Origin: a virus
Taxonomy: Duplodnaviria > Caudoviricetes
Virus record (IMG/VR): IMGVR_UViG_2534682025_000001
Coordinates: 20,615 to 84,614 of that record
Length of the DNA stretch: 64,000 nt
Reading direction: 5' to 3' (one strand)
Below, in pieces: positions 55,304 to 64,000 of the stretch; position 1 is the first letter of the stretch; every line of letters begins with the position of its first letter. The notes under the pieces are model-generated. The model was not told the origin of the DNA. It saw only the letters and a list, made by a program, of their open reading frames with translations, and did no database searches. Made by a program: the position numbers and the translations under genes.

Positions 55304-55563
55304 GCTGCTGCTCCTTGCGCCATATCTTTGATAAATTCTTCTGCCTGAAGTGTAAGAGAGAATCCCTTTGGATGCGCTCCATCACATTTGACCAATCCCC
55401 AAAACTCCAACCGGTTCATGTATCACTGAACACTACGAATTGAGATACCCATTTTCGGCTCAATGGAGTCGTGAATTTGCTGGATTGAAACGCGGCCTCT
55501 GGTGGTTGCCAAGGTGCGCATAATCATTAAGTTGATGTATGTGCGGTCTGCTTCTTTTCTCAT
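55300..55563 (-). pseudogene. Winged-helix protein gene with single in-frame TGA (55425-55423)
   Basis: ATGA-coupled at both ends; frame continues GISIRSVQ*YMNRLEFWGLV to stop at 55300. Confidence 0.7.
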
Positions 55564-56324
55564 GCTGCACCCCCAAATAAATCTGGTTGACGATCTCTTT
55601 CGGTACCAGCTAAAGCAATTCGCTCTTGCGCTACCAAAAAGTATTTTTCTTCTTTCTCGATCCCGATAAAATGACGGCCAGTATTTACACAAGCCACACC
55701 AGTGGTACCGCTACCCATTGTGTTATCCAGTACTGTTTCACCCTCATTGGTGTATGTGCGAATTAGCAGCTCACAAAGCTCAACCGGTTTTTGGGTTGGG
55801 TGAAAAGCCTGTTTTTGCTTATCAGAACTAAACACCTGAACTGATCTTGGGTACCGCTCGGTCGAGTCGTAATCTTTAATATTTAGCTGTTTCCCATAGT
55901 GCTCAGAACCTGCCAGTTTCTTTTTGGCAGTTTTGCGCTCATGGCCATAAGTTTTTTGAGGGTTGTAGGTCGGCTGTGACTTATAGAAAACCAGAATATT
56001 TTCATGAGCACGTAAAGGTTGCTTTTTGGCATTCAAGAAGCCGGTTGCATTAGGCTTTTCCCAGATCCACTCATAGCGGAACAATTTCAGGTTTGAGCAT
56101 GCGAGTACTGCGGTAAATGGCTGTGCACCAAACAAAACAATTGCGCCATTTTCTTTGATGACTCGCTCATACTCAGGCCATAATTTTTCAAACGGAATGA
56201 CAGCATCCCAGCTGCAGCAAGTGGTACCGTAAGGCAAATCACAAAGAATCATGTCCACGGTACCGCTTTCGATTTCCTTCATGCGTTCAAGACAATCACC
56301 GAGCATTAAGTTGAATTCCTTCAC
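55560..56324 (-). CDS. N4/N6 (beta-class) DNA methyltransferase
   Basis: GDCLE, ILCDLPYG, HPTQKPV, VLDNTMGSGTTG. Confidence 0.93.
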   Translation of the reverse strand: MKEFNLMLGDCLERMKEIESGTVDMILCDLPYGTTCCSWDAVIPFEKLWPEYERVIKENGAIVLFGAQPFTAVLACSNLKLFRYEWIWEKPNATGFLNAKKQPLRAHENILVFYKSQPTYNPQKTYGHERKTAKKKLAGSEHYGKQLNIKDYDSTERYPRSVQVFSSDKQKQAFHPTQKPVELCELLIRTYTNEGETVLDNTMGSGTTGVACVNTGRHFIGIEKEEKYFLVAQERIALAGTERDRQPDLFGGAA

Positions 56325-57697
56325 ACCCCACCCCCTGCGCTTTGCCCTACAACCTGCAACTGCGTGTAATATTCAGGACTCAAATCACAGAAAGTCGCTC
56401 GACCTAAATCAGTTGCCAGTCGAATCGTTCCAGTTGATCCGTTACGCGCTTTACCAATGATGATTTCTGCTGTTCCGGCATCTTTTGAATCCTTGTTGTA
56501 AACTTCATCGCGGTAGATAAACATGATGATGTCTGCATCTTGCTCAATAGCGCCTGACTCACGAATGTCTGACATCACTGGGCGCTTGTTCGGTCGCTGC
56601 TCCAATGAGCGGTTGAGCTGAGACAGCGCAATCACTGGGCAACCAAAGTCCTTGGCAATCTTTTTAAGGCCCCACGAAATGTCACCAATCTCCTGCACCT
56701 TGTTCCCTGTTTTCTCAGGCGGTGTCATGATTTGAAGATAATCAACCACGATGGCATTCAACCGGCCGCCTGTTTTTTGCTGAACCTTACGAGCTTCACG
56801 GCGAATATCGGCCAGACTTGGAGAGGCCTTGTCATTGATAAAGATCGGGCATTTTTTCAAAGTATCGACAGCGCGATAAATACAACCTGCACCTTCCGAA
56901 TCAAATTGAGCTGAACGGACCTGCTTCAATGGAATCTGGCCAAGGCCCGAAATCATCCGTTCCATGATCTGCTCTTTCGACATCTCCCCAGACATGAACA
57001 ACACCACTTCACCCTGATTTACAGCAAGGTCGAGCATGATGTTTTGGGCCAATGTGGTTTTACCCATCGAAGGACGTGCACCGATAATCACCAGATCGGT
57101 ACGGTCAATGCGGTCTAGTTTGTTATCCAGTTCAATAAAACCTGTCTTTACCCCCGCTTTGACTTCAATACCGGCATGAATCTTTTGATGACGATCAATA
57201 ATGTCGGTCAGCACGTCCACAGCAATTGCTTCGACGCTCAAAGTGGCCTGCTGGGTCGATGTGTTATCAAGACCAGAAACCAGTGACTGCACCTTTTCAA
57301 TTGCGGTTTCACCGGTGTAAGTCAGCGTATCGTTGGCAATGGTGCTGATATGCTTGCTCAGGTCTGCAATCTTTCTGCGAGTAGATAAATCTTTTAGGGT
57401 TTTGATGTGCGTAGGAATGAGCCTAGGAAGCGATATGGCGCTTGATAGCTCCATGATGTACGTTTCATCGATCTGGGTGCTTTCTGTTGGATTTGAGCGA
57501 ATCTGCTCCCAAACAACGACCGCATCATGCCCTTCGCCCTTTAGGTGCTGGCGTTTGATGTAATTGAAGATGACTTGGTGACGGCTAGCATAGAAATCAC
57601 TTTCTTCCAATTGCTCGATGTAGTCACCAGATCCAGCGAAGTCCATGAACGAACACAAAACGGCTTGTTCAGTAGGAATTGAAAATAACTCAGTCAT
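56321..57697 (-). CDS. dnaB: Replicative DNA helicase
   Basis: GARPSMGKT, VVDYLQ, LSQLNR, ESGAIEQDAD, KARNG. Confidence 0.95.
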   Translation of the reverse strand: MTELFSIPTEQAVLCSFMDFAGSGDYIEQLEESDFYASRHQVIFNYIKRQHLKGEGHDAVVVWEQIRSNPTESTQIDETYIMELSSAISLPRLIPTHIKTLKDLSTRRKIADLSKHISTIANDTLTYTGETAIEKVQSLVSGLDNTSTQQATLSVEAIAVDVLTDIIDRHQKIHAGIEVKAGVKTGFIELDNKLDRIDRTDLVIIGARPSMGKTTLAQNIMLDLAVNQGEVVLFMSGEMSKEQIMERMISGLGQIPLKQVRSAQFDSEGAGCIYRAVDTLKKCPIFINDKASPSLADIRREARKVQQKTGGRLNAIVVDYLQIMTPPEKTGNKVQEIGDISWGLKKIAKDFGCPVIALSQLNRSLEQRPNKRPVMSDIRESGAIEQDADIIMFIYRDEVYNKDSKDAGTAEIIIGKARNGSTGTIRLATDLGRATFCDLSPEYYTQLQVVGQSAGGGV

Positions 57698-58550
57698 TAC
57701 TCATCCCCTTAAATTTCTTAGCCACACCTTTGAAAACTGGTGCTGCTGGTTGATCATGGTTTGGTGTTGACTGTGGATTTTCTAGCTGCTCGATCTCAGC
57801 ATTGGTTTCAGCCCAATTCCATGCAGCCTTGAATGACTCCCAGCCACGTAGAACGATAATCTGGAATACACGTTCGTTTGAAAGCTTGGCCTCAATCGCT
57901 TGGTTGAAAATGATTTTTAGAGAACGGTCAGTGATGGTTTTACGTTTCTTGTTTTTCAGATCAATAAACTCTTGAGCTGTTTTTTCAGATACACCGTTTT
58001 CGATTAAGAATTTTTTGGCAGAGAATTTTTTAGGTTGCTCAGGTGCGGATGCGCCTAAATTAATATCTGTAGTATTCTCTGTTGTATTCTCTGTATTAGA
58101 TTGCAGGTTTTGCGCATTCTTGCTTGCAGGTTTGCTGCAATCTAGTTCGCAGGTTTCCTGCAAACTAGTATGTAGGTTTCCTGCAAACTGTGAGCAATCA
58201 AGTGTTTCAGAGTATTCAACCAGTGCTTGATATAAATTTTCACGCTCAACACGGAAAAATACGCGACAAGGCACACCCATTTTTTTCTCTGAAATAAAAC
58301 CTAGTTCAAGCAGCTTTTTTCGAGCGTTTTCTTGCTCTGTTCTTGTTAGACCTGTCTCTTGAGTCCATTCAGCTTGGGTCTTGTAAATCCACCCCTCTGC
58401 ACTCTTAGAGCGTGAAGTCCAGTACACCAACTGGGAAAGCATTAACGCACCATTGATGCCGCACCCCAGAAAAACGTAATGCTTGTTGAAGGCAATCGGT
58501 TGTTCATTCATGGCTTCTATCAATTTGATAATTGGAATTGCCTTGTTCAT
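57690..58550 (-). CDS. Replication initiator (wHTH)
   Basis: ALMLSQLVYW, WIYKT..EW..ETGL, NTENTTENT linker. Confidence 0.85.
   Translation of the reverse strand: MNKAIPIIKLIEAMNEQPIAFNKHYVFLGCGINGALMLSQLVYWTSRSKSAEGWIYKTQAEWTQETGLTRTEQENARKKLLELGFISEKKMGVPCRVFFRVERENLYQALVEYSETLDCSQFAGNLHTSLQETCELDCSKPASKNAQNLQSNTENTTENTTDINLGASAPEQPKKFSAKKFLIENGVSEKTAQEFIDLKNKKRKTITDRSLKIIFNQAIEAKLSNERVFQIIVLRGWESFKAAWNWAETNAEIEQLENPQSTPNHDQPAAPVFKGVAKKFKGMSND
58101..58190. repeat. Origin iterons within initiator
   Basis: Four GYAGGTTT.(C)TGCAA-like repeats at ~22-24 bp spacing. Confidence 0.75.
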
Positions 58551-58711
58551 GCTTCACCTCGTGCAAATACAAATAATTCATGACGGGCCTTGGCAACCAA
58601 ACAAGCATTGTCCAGACTTGGGTTTTTAATGTTTGCTTTAAGTGCTTTTTCCAAAAGTTGAATTTTTTGAATAAGCATTTTTTCTCTAAAATTTCGTGTT
58701 AAACTACTCAT
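58547..58711 (-). CDS. 54-aa hypothetical protein, not in ORF track
   Basis: AGGAG SD; ATGA overlap with initiator. Confidence 0.65.
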   Translation of the reverse strand: MSSLTRNFREKMLIQKIQLLEKALKANIKNPSLDNACLVAKARHELFVFARGEA

Positions 58712-58757
58712 GTTCAACTCCTGCTCGGTTTTGAATACAAAAGCCTGATCTCATCCA

Positions 58758-59033
58758 TCAGGCTTTTTCTTTGCTTGAATCCCAGTGACTCCCTTCCAAT
58801 CCCTCTCCAAAGCTGATGTCTGTAGACAGATCCCTTACTAAAGCTCCTAATCCCAAGCGCTCGAATGATTTTGCTTGTAAATTAAGTACATGCCACTCAC
58901 CGACGATTTCCTTCTCTAGGAGATACGCCAGGTATTGAGCAAGGTCTTTACCCTTAATTTCGGCAAGTAGTTTTGCCCGCTCATGGATTTCAGGAGACAA
59001 GCGAACATGTGTAGATTTCTTTTCAAGACTCAT
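58758..59033 (-). CDS. CII-position RHH-like regulator
   Basis: STHVRLSPE..ERAKLLA; ends in a terminator homologous to 14526-14553. Confidence 0.7.
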   Translation of the reverse strand: MSLEKKSTHVRLSPEIHERAKLLAEIKGKDLAQYLAYLLEKEIVGEWHVLNLQAKSFERLGLGALVRDLSTDISFGEGLEGSHWDSSKEKA

Positions 59034-59041
59034 AAATTCAC

Positions 59042-59227
59042 CTATGCAACTTCTTTGCTGTGTTTGATTGGCTGCTTGCCAGCAGCTAAATCTCGAATTT
59101 GGTATTCACGTGCTAATGGGATTTTGTTGTTAGGCCACTGGTAAACAGCAGAAGGTTCAATTCCTAGCAAGCCCGCTAGTTCAACGCCATTAACCCCAAG
59201 CAACTTGTATGCTTCTTGTTTGGTCAT
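59042..59227 (-). CDS. cro: Cro-like repressor
   Basis: ELAGLLGIEPSAVYQW...IPLAREYQI. Confidence 0.88.
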   Translation of the reverse strand: MTKQEAYKLLGVNGVELAGLLGIEPSAVYQWPNNKIPLAREYQIRDLAAGKQPIKHSKEVA

Positions 59228-59243
59228 TGGTATTTACTCAATA

Positions 59244-59306
59244 AAGTAAGATTTCTTAGTATTTAATCAAAGAAAACTTATAAAAGCAATATGTAAGATT
59301 ACTTAT
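59244..59306. promoter_or_regulatory. oR operators TAAG-N4-CTTA
   Basis: Three copies here and three at 60452-60519. Confidence 0.7.
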
Positions 59307-59987
59307 ATGGAAAAAACAACTATTGGTCAGCGCATACGTGCGCTTAGACGTTCGAAAAAATTAACTCAAGCGCAATTAGCAAAGATTGCTGGAGTGAGTT
59401 CGCCCGCTGTAACTGAGTGGGAAAAAGATAGTTATTTGCCTAAAGCAGGATCATTAGAAGCAATGGCAAATCATTTTGGGGTAACGACTGAATACATACT
59501 GACTGGCAAAGGTGATCCTAGCGCCACGCAAAAAGAGCAGTCCAATGTGGTTCCTGTGGCACCACGCATGGCCCCTGTCTTGTCATGGGTTCAGGCAGGT
59601 ACGATGACCAATGTCGAATCTGTTGACATGTCCCAGGTGGAAGAATGGCTGCCAATTCCAGATGGTGATTGCGAGAAGTGTTTTTACCTGAAAGTTCAAG
59701 GATTGAGTAATTACCCAGAGTTCCATGAGGGCGATTACATTCTTGTAGATCCGACCCTACCATTTGGTGACATGAACTCAGGCGATATTATTGTTGTTAG
59801 AAAGTTTGATGATGCAACTTTTAAGCGCCTGGTGATTGAACCTGATGGCACTAAATACCTACAGGCGATTAACCCTGAATTTAAACCAAATATTATCCCG
59901 CTTGATGAGAATTGCGAGTTTGTTGGCGAGGTAGTGGATTGTATTCGCTACGTTTATCGAGCTAAGAAGAAACCACGTAAGAATTAA
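59307..59987 (+). CDS. cI: CI repressor (HTH + S24)
   Basis: LTQAQLAKIAGVS, VQAG cleavage site, GLSN, TFKRL. Confidence 0.95.
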   Translation: MEKTTIGQRIRALRRSKKLTQAQLAKIAGVSSPAVTEWEKDSYLPKAGSLEAMANHFGVTTEYILTGKGDPSATQKEQSNVVPVAPRMAPVLSWVQAGTMTNVESVDMSQVEEWLPIPDGDCEKCFYLKVQGLSNYPEFHEGDYILVDPTLPFGDMNSGDIIVVRKFDDATFKRLVIEPDGTKYLQAINPEFKPNIIPLDENCEFVGEVVDCIRYVYRAKKKPRKN

Positions 59988-60021
59988 AAATAAAAGCCGC
60001 TATATGCGGCTTGGGTGTTTT

Positions 60022-60342
60022 ATGGAAAGAATAATTAAAGCAATAAAAGTTTGGTGGAATGGAACGGATGTTTATGAAAAACAAGGTCGATATGATGCTG
60101 CATTCTTTGCCTCCCCATTAAATAGGAAACATTGGACATCCAAATTTGCCCATTGGATTGCTTCACTATTCACCAGCCCTGAAAGACGATCCACTTTTTT
60201 GGCTGTCCTTGGCTTCGTTACGTTTCTGATTATGCTCTTGAAGTATTTCGCCGACACTGATGCCAATCAAGATACCACTAACCCACAACGCGATAATCGG
60301 GAACCAGATGCTCAGATTCACGCTGGCGCAGATCAAAACTAG
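60022..60342 (+). CDS. Membrane protein downstream of cI
   Basis: One TM helix; rex/sie-type position. Confidence 0.6.
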   Translation: MERIIKAIKVWWNGTDVYEKQGRYDAAFFASPLNRKHWTSKFAHWIASLFTSPERRSTFLAVLGFVTFLIMLLKYFADTDANQDTTNPQRDNREPDAQIHAGADQN

Positions 60343-60493
60343 AGTTAGAACTTGAACAACAAACATAGTTAGTAAATATTTTTTATTCATCCTAAAGACC
60401 CCTAGCCCATCCCTGTGATGGGTTTTCTTTTGTCTATTAAATCATAAAAAATAAGTTTTCTAAAAATAAAACTAACATTTCTTATATTTCTGC

Positions 60494-60522
60494 TTGACAC
60501 TAAAACTAAGTTTTCTTATATT
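60494..60522 (+). promoter_or_regulatory. pL-like early promoter
   Basis: TTGACA-17-TATATT overlapping an operator. Confidence 0.8.
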
Positions 60523-60542
60523 TATCTCACAAACAAAGAAAA

Positions 60543-60595
60543 GCCCCAGCGTTGCGGTAACAACCTGAGGCATGACCCACATACTACCTGTGAGT
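60543..60595 (+). ncRNA. Two-hairpin early leader RNA, copy 2
   Basis: Covaries with 16237-16287. Confidence 0.55.
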
Positions 60596-60604
60596 GAGAT
60601 AAGT

Positions 60605-60952
60605 ATGACAACTAAATCCAATATTCTCAAGTCTGCATTAATTGCAGCATCAATCAGCGCGGGGATAGCAGTAGCTTACGCTTTCCAGCCTGCCAAAGTG
60701 GCTGATGATAATCCTCAAGTGGTTATCACCGCTCAAAAATATGAAGTGCTTAAACGTACTTGCCATGAAACCTGTTTGGCTACTGTCAAAGCTAATGATT
60801 ACAGCATTTATGTTGAATATGCGTTAGATGATGCCTCGGTCGAGTTTCTGGACATTCTAAACGTGGTGCATTTTGACAAGACGATTAATGCTTATGTTGA
60901 TCGTTATGAAATTGAAAAGATTAATGCTGCGATTGTTGGGGGTGTGAAGTGA
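60605..60952 (+). CDS. First early gene, N-terminal signal/TM
   Basis: Start MTTKS; hydrophobic N-terminus. Confidence 0.7.
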   Translation: MTTKSNILKSALIAASISAGIAVAYAFQPAKVADDNPQVVITAQKYEVLKRTCHETCLATVKANDYSIYVEYALDDASVEFLDILNVVHFDKTINAYVDRYEIEKINAAIVGGVK

Positions 60953-61170
60953 GTAAAAACCCTATCAAGGTAATGTCGTCGATGCTGACTGGCCGAATTT
61001 ATGCAGGTCGCGTTAATCCCAAAAACCAAATGTTTATTGGTGAAAAGGATGATGTGACTGATACCGCTGTCAGTGCTGTGGCTCAACACCTTTTAAAAGA
61101 AGAAGTCTGTTTGCAATTTGAGTTTAAGGGCAAAACATATCGACTGGAAGTTCGGGAGGTGCCAGCATGA
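60949..61170 (+). CDS. Hypothetical early protein
   Basis: LTGRIYAG...GEKDDVTD.AV.AVAQH. Confidence 0.7.
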   Translation: MSKNPIKVMSSMLTGRIYAGRVNPKNQMFIGEKDDVTDTAVSAVAQHLLKEEVCLQFEFKGKTYRLEVREVPA

Positions 61171-61267
61171 ACACTTACGCTCAATTCTGTGGATGTGGTG
61201 CGGCAATTTCACTTAACCAAGCCTTACTGGAGTAATTCTCAATTTATTTAATCTTAAGGGAGCAAAT

Positions 61268-61798
61268 ATGAATCTCGACTCGCCTGATCAAATCTTTAGC
61301 GCTTTAAGTGATGGTCGGGATGTTTATTGGTGTGAGGAAGGATCAGATGATTGGACACCCTTAAATCAGAAAGCACAGATTAGCTTTTCTGATTTATATA
61401 CAGGTTTTCTCAAGTTTATGGCTTTGGATTTACCTGCTATCAAGATGCCAATCCCTGTAATGGATACTCGCTATTTTTCAGACTTCATTCGTAATGAACA
61501 AGGTTTTGAAATCTATCGAATAGGAAACAACCCATGCCGTTTTTACGCCCTTAAGGTTAAGGGAAATACATTTATATCTGACTACTTCCGCAATATCGAT
61601 ATTTACCATATTGAACCAAGTGGAAGTCTGAAGAAAGTGGATAAGGCTCTGGCGCCCAAATGGCTAACTGAAAATTTGGAACGAACCAGAACGGCAAACA
61701 GAAGAAGAGCTCGCAACTCTACTCTAGAAAAAGTGGGTTTCTTTGGATCTCGGGAATATGAAGACTTCCGAAAATCCAAAAAGTATTCACCTAAATAA
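61268..61798 (+). CDS. Hypothetical protein
   Basis: 176-aa ORF with GGAG SD. Confidence 0.7.
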   Translation: MNLDSPDQIFSALSDGRDVYWCEEGSDDWTPLNQKAQISFSDLYTGFLKFMALDLPAIKMPIPVMDTRYFSDFIRNEQGFEIYRIGNNPCRFYALKVKGNTFISDYFRNIDIYHIEPSGSLKKVDKALAPKWLTENLERTRTANRRRARNSTLEKVGFFGSREYEDFRKSKKYSPK

Positions 61799-61809
61799 AG
61801 GGAATCAAC

Positions 61810-62040
61810 ATGAAGTTCCTAAAAGTTGAAAACAAGATTTTAAATGTTGAGCAAATTAAAACTGTTACTGAGAACAGTGTAACGGTTGGATATCTGAGTG
61901 ATGGCGATCTGCCTTTTGGCGACCCAGTTAAGGAAACTCGCGGTATTCGAGTTCAAATGATCGATAGTGCTGAGTTTGAGCAGTTCATTTTTGAAAGCGA
62001 AACCATTGAATCATTCTATGAAAAATTGGTGGCAGCATGA
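61810..62040 (+). CDS. Hypothetical protein
   Basis: ORF in operon. Confidence 0.65.
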   Translation: MKFLKVENKILNVEQIKTVTENSVTVGYLSDGDLPFGDPVKETRGIRVQMIDSAEFEQFIFESETIESFYEKLVAA

Positions 62041-62444
62041 AAATTAAAGAAGGTGGTGGGATGGAAAAGAATAAATTGTGGTGCGTAGGAATCTGTCCTG
62101 AAGATGATAGCCCGCATGAGCAGTCGCCTGCTGCATCCAAAGAAATTGCTGAACGTGCTTTGGCTCGCTACAGAGCAATGACGAAAGCTGAAGGAAACGA
62201 GTTCATGATTGAATCGTTTGATGAGTATTTTCAGGTTCAAGAATGGGAAGGCACAGCCGAAGAACATCAGGAACAAATGTTTTACACAGAAGATTGGTTT
62301 AAAGAGCCGATGTACCAGTGCAAAAACATGCAACAGGCTGAACAAGTTTTTAAGTACGGTGAAATCGTGCACTGCTACAAAGATGGTGCTGAGTTAATTA
62401 CTTCTGATTTTGATGAAGCTAAGCGCTTCTATGAGGTGGCGTGA
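62037..62444 (+). CDS. Hypothetical protein
   Basis: LWCV.I...PAASKEIA, WEGTAEEH. Confidence 0.7.
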   Translation: MKIKEGGGMEKNKLWCVGICPEDDSPHEQSPAASKEIAERALARYRAMTKAEGNEFMIESFDEYFQVQEWEGTAEEHQEQMFYTEDWFKEPMYQCKNMQQAEQVFKYGEIVHCYKDGAELITSDFDEAKRFYEVA

Positions 62445-62803
62445 TGGATATTCAGGAAATTCAAGAAAAATTTGAAGATTTACTTTTGGCAAACCCTGAC
62501 TTTGATGAAAGCCTTTTGGAAAAAGATGAAGAAGGTTGTTATTCGGATTCTGATATTCAGCATATGTACAGCATGTTTGAAGCTGGTACGGAAGTTGGTG
62601 AGCAATGGCAAGCAGCCAAAGCCCAAGCGGTGCCGGAAGGATTTGTTTTAATTAAAGATGATACCAAGACCGTTGTTGCAATTGAGCGAATGGTTGAACA
62701 ACAGGTCGAAGCAAGTGGCATGGATTCTCGTCGATTAGAAAGACTTGATGGTTGGAAGATTATTGAAGCGGCAGTTAAGGCACAGGAGCAAGCCAATGAC
62801 TGA
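62441..62803 (+). CDS. Hypothetical mosaic protein
   Basis: WQAAKAQAVPEGFVL shared with prophage 1. Confidence 0.7.
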   Translation: MMDIQEIQEKFEDLLLANPDFDESLLEKDEEGCYSDSDIQHMYSMFEAGTEVGEQWQAAKAQAVPEGFVLIKDDTKTVVAIERMVEQQVEASGMDSRRLERLDGWKIIEAAVKAQEQAND

Positions 62804-63110
62804 AATTCAACAAACAAACATTGCTGTGGCGAACTACATCATTGATGAGCTGCACAAGGATAAGCCTTTTAATCTGGTTTTGGATGCGGGTGAAACGGGT
62901 GCTTTGTACCACATTGCGAGCGAGTCACATCACTTGCACAGTGACTTTGTGCGCAAGCTGGAAGCAACTTTAAGACAGCGTGTGAGCAATGGTACTGGTG
63001 TGATTCTTGAGATTAATAGCAATGCTGATCTGTATTACCACATGCTTTCATCATATATCGCGAAGTTTGATCAGTATGGCGTGGTGAAGAGTTTGGGAGA
63101 AGTGTCGTGA
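62796..63110 (+). CDS. Hypothetical protein, homolog of 19143-19430
   Basis: MTEIQQ family. Confidence 0.75.
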   Translation: MTEIQQTNIAVANYIIDELHKDKPFNLVLDAGETGALYHIASESHHLHSDFVRKLEATLRQRVSNGTGVILEINSNADLYYHMLSSYIAKFDQYGVVKSLGEVS

Positions 63111-63382
63111 AAGCGAATGAATATATAAAAAAGTATGGGCTGGTTTGCGCAAACATAAAGGTCGCTGAAACAGAACACACTAGGTCTTTTGATGTATTTT
63201 ACTTTAATTTAAAGCGCCTTGTCGAAAGTCATGAGTTAGTTGAGAAATGGCAAGGCCTAGAGGCTTCAAAAATTAAAGTGAATTTGCTTCACACTTTTGG
63301 ATTTCATACTCAAGCAGATCAATTGCAGCAAGCCATTACCGATGTAGAAAGTTGTATGGAGGTGTCTAGTGGATCTAATTGA
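63107..63382 (+). CDS. Hypothetical protein
   Basis: LKRLVESHELVE, LQQAITDVE. Confidence 0.7.
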   Translation: MKANEYIKKYGLVCANIKVAETEHTRSFDVFYFNLKRLVESHELVEKWQGLEASKIKVNLLHTFGFHTQADQLQQAITDVESCMEVSSGSN

Positions 63383-63737
63383 ACAGTTGGGTGGGTATGA
63401 GAAAGCGAAGCGTGAGCTTCAATTAAAAGAACAAAACTCTGTTCTTCAATGTTGCATTACTGTCACCGCTGAAATGATTCGTGATGCTTTACTCGAATAC
63501 CGCCGCCAGCACAATATTTATGAGGTTGTGGATAAGGTTGTTATTGAATCATATAGAAATACTTATATTTCTTGTGGTCGTCCAAGCCAATACAGTATTG
63601 GTGATCTTATGGTTATTCATAACTTGGACGGTAATGTTATTTCAGATAATGATTATAACTTTATTGATTATCGTGATGTTAGACACGCCACCGATGCAGA
63701 AATCAAAGCAGGTAAAAGATTGGAGGTGAATCAATGA
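63369..63737 (+). CDS. Hypothetical protein
   Basis: LIEQLGGYEKAK, VRHATDAEIKAGKRL. Confidence 0.72.
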   Translation: MDLIEQLGGYEKAKRELQLKEQNSVLQCCITVTAEMIRDALLEYRRQHNIYEVVDKVVIESYRNTYISCGRPSQYSIGDLMVIHNLDGNVISDNDYNFIDYRDVRHATDAEIKAGKRLEVNQ

Positions 63738-64000
63738 CAGCAATGGCAAATATGGGTAACTTTATTGTTGCCCTGCCACCTTCAGACATTTGGTTGACAG
63801 ATGATCAGGCGGCAGAATTTTTAGGATATGGTGGTGTGTATTTCAAATCATCCATTATTTGCTTAAAAGGTTTTCCAAAACCCAGATACATTACAGAAAC
63901 CACAAAAGGTCGAAGATGGAATTTAAAAAAATTATCTGACTGGCTAGAAAGTAGGCCGGAAGATTTAAAAAAAGCAGTAGGCAGACCCCGCAAAATATAG
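63734..64000 (+). CDS. xis: Excisionase/AlpA-like HTH protein
   Basis: WLTDDQAAEFLG, GFPKP, RRW...L.DW, GRPRK; last early gene. Confidence 0.78.
   Translation: MTAMANMGNFIVALPPSDIWLTDDQAAEFLGYGGVYFKSSIICLKGFPKPRYITETTKGRRWNLKKLSDWLESRPEDLKKAVGRPRKI

Larger units (their letters stand above)
21001..64000. mobile_element. Prophage 2, near-complete siphophage; right att just outside window
   Basis: Integrase, lysis, tail, head, packaging, replication, immunity and xis genes. Confidence 0.95.

Noticed and set aside
53601-56324. Endonuclease plus methyltransferase as a restriction-modification system
   Set aside because: Not adjacent; orphan MTases in the replication operon are normal and present in both phages
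61167-61235. 22-codon ORF MNTYAQFCGCG...
   Set aside because: Likely truncated remnant at a module junction; too short to call
1-64000. IS elements, rRNA, CRISPR-cas, resistance genes
   Set aside because: No transposase, rRNA, cas or resistance motifs recognised

Overview
The window is almost entirely two tandem, lambdoid/HK97-like temperate prophages, most likely in an Acinetobacter chromosome (inferred from protein families and composition). No host housekeeping genes are present. Prophage 1 (1 to ~21016) is truncated on the left inside the head module. It shows capsid, ClpP protease, portal, terminases, cos and HNH, then a late leader with tRNA-Arg(TCT) and a structured ncRNA, and an AT-rich RloC-type anticodon nuclease inserted between Q and the late promoter. 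Replication, methylase, immunity and early genes follow, ending in xis and a P4-type integrase. A 16-bp tRNA 3'-end fragment (21001-21016) marks the junction. Prophage 2 (~21001 to beyond 64000) is a near-complete siphophage with integrase, a holin-like/amidase fusion lysin, lambda-like tail, an Arc/antirepressor module and a rearranged head module. It also has the same late-leader ncRNA followed by tRNA-Trp(CCA), a Q-position gene, methylase, DnaB, replication initiator, immunity region, early genes and xis. The two phages have largely non-homologous proteins but share non-coding blocks, so comparing them exposes conserved RNA structures. The best candidates for something new are: (1) a ~235-nt structured RNA co-transcribed with a tRNA whose scaffold is shared but whose identity differs (Arg vs Trp), next to RloC in one phage; (2) a covarying two-hairpin put-like leader after both early promoters; (3) a C4-like antisense RNA controlling rha; (4) a clamp-binding-type tail on two unrelated methyltransferases. 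All family calls come from motif recognition by eye, and no searches were run.
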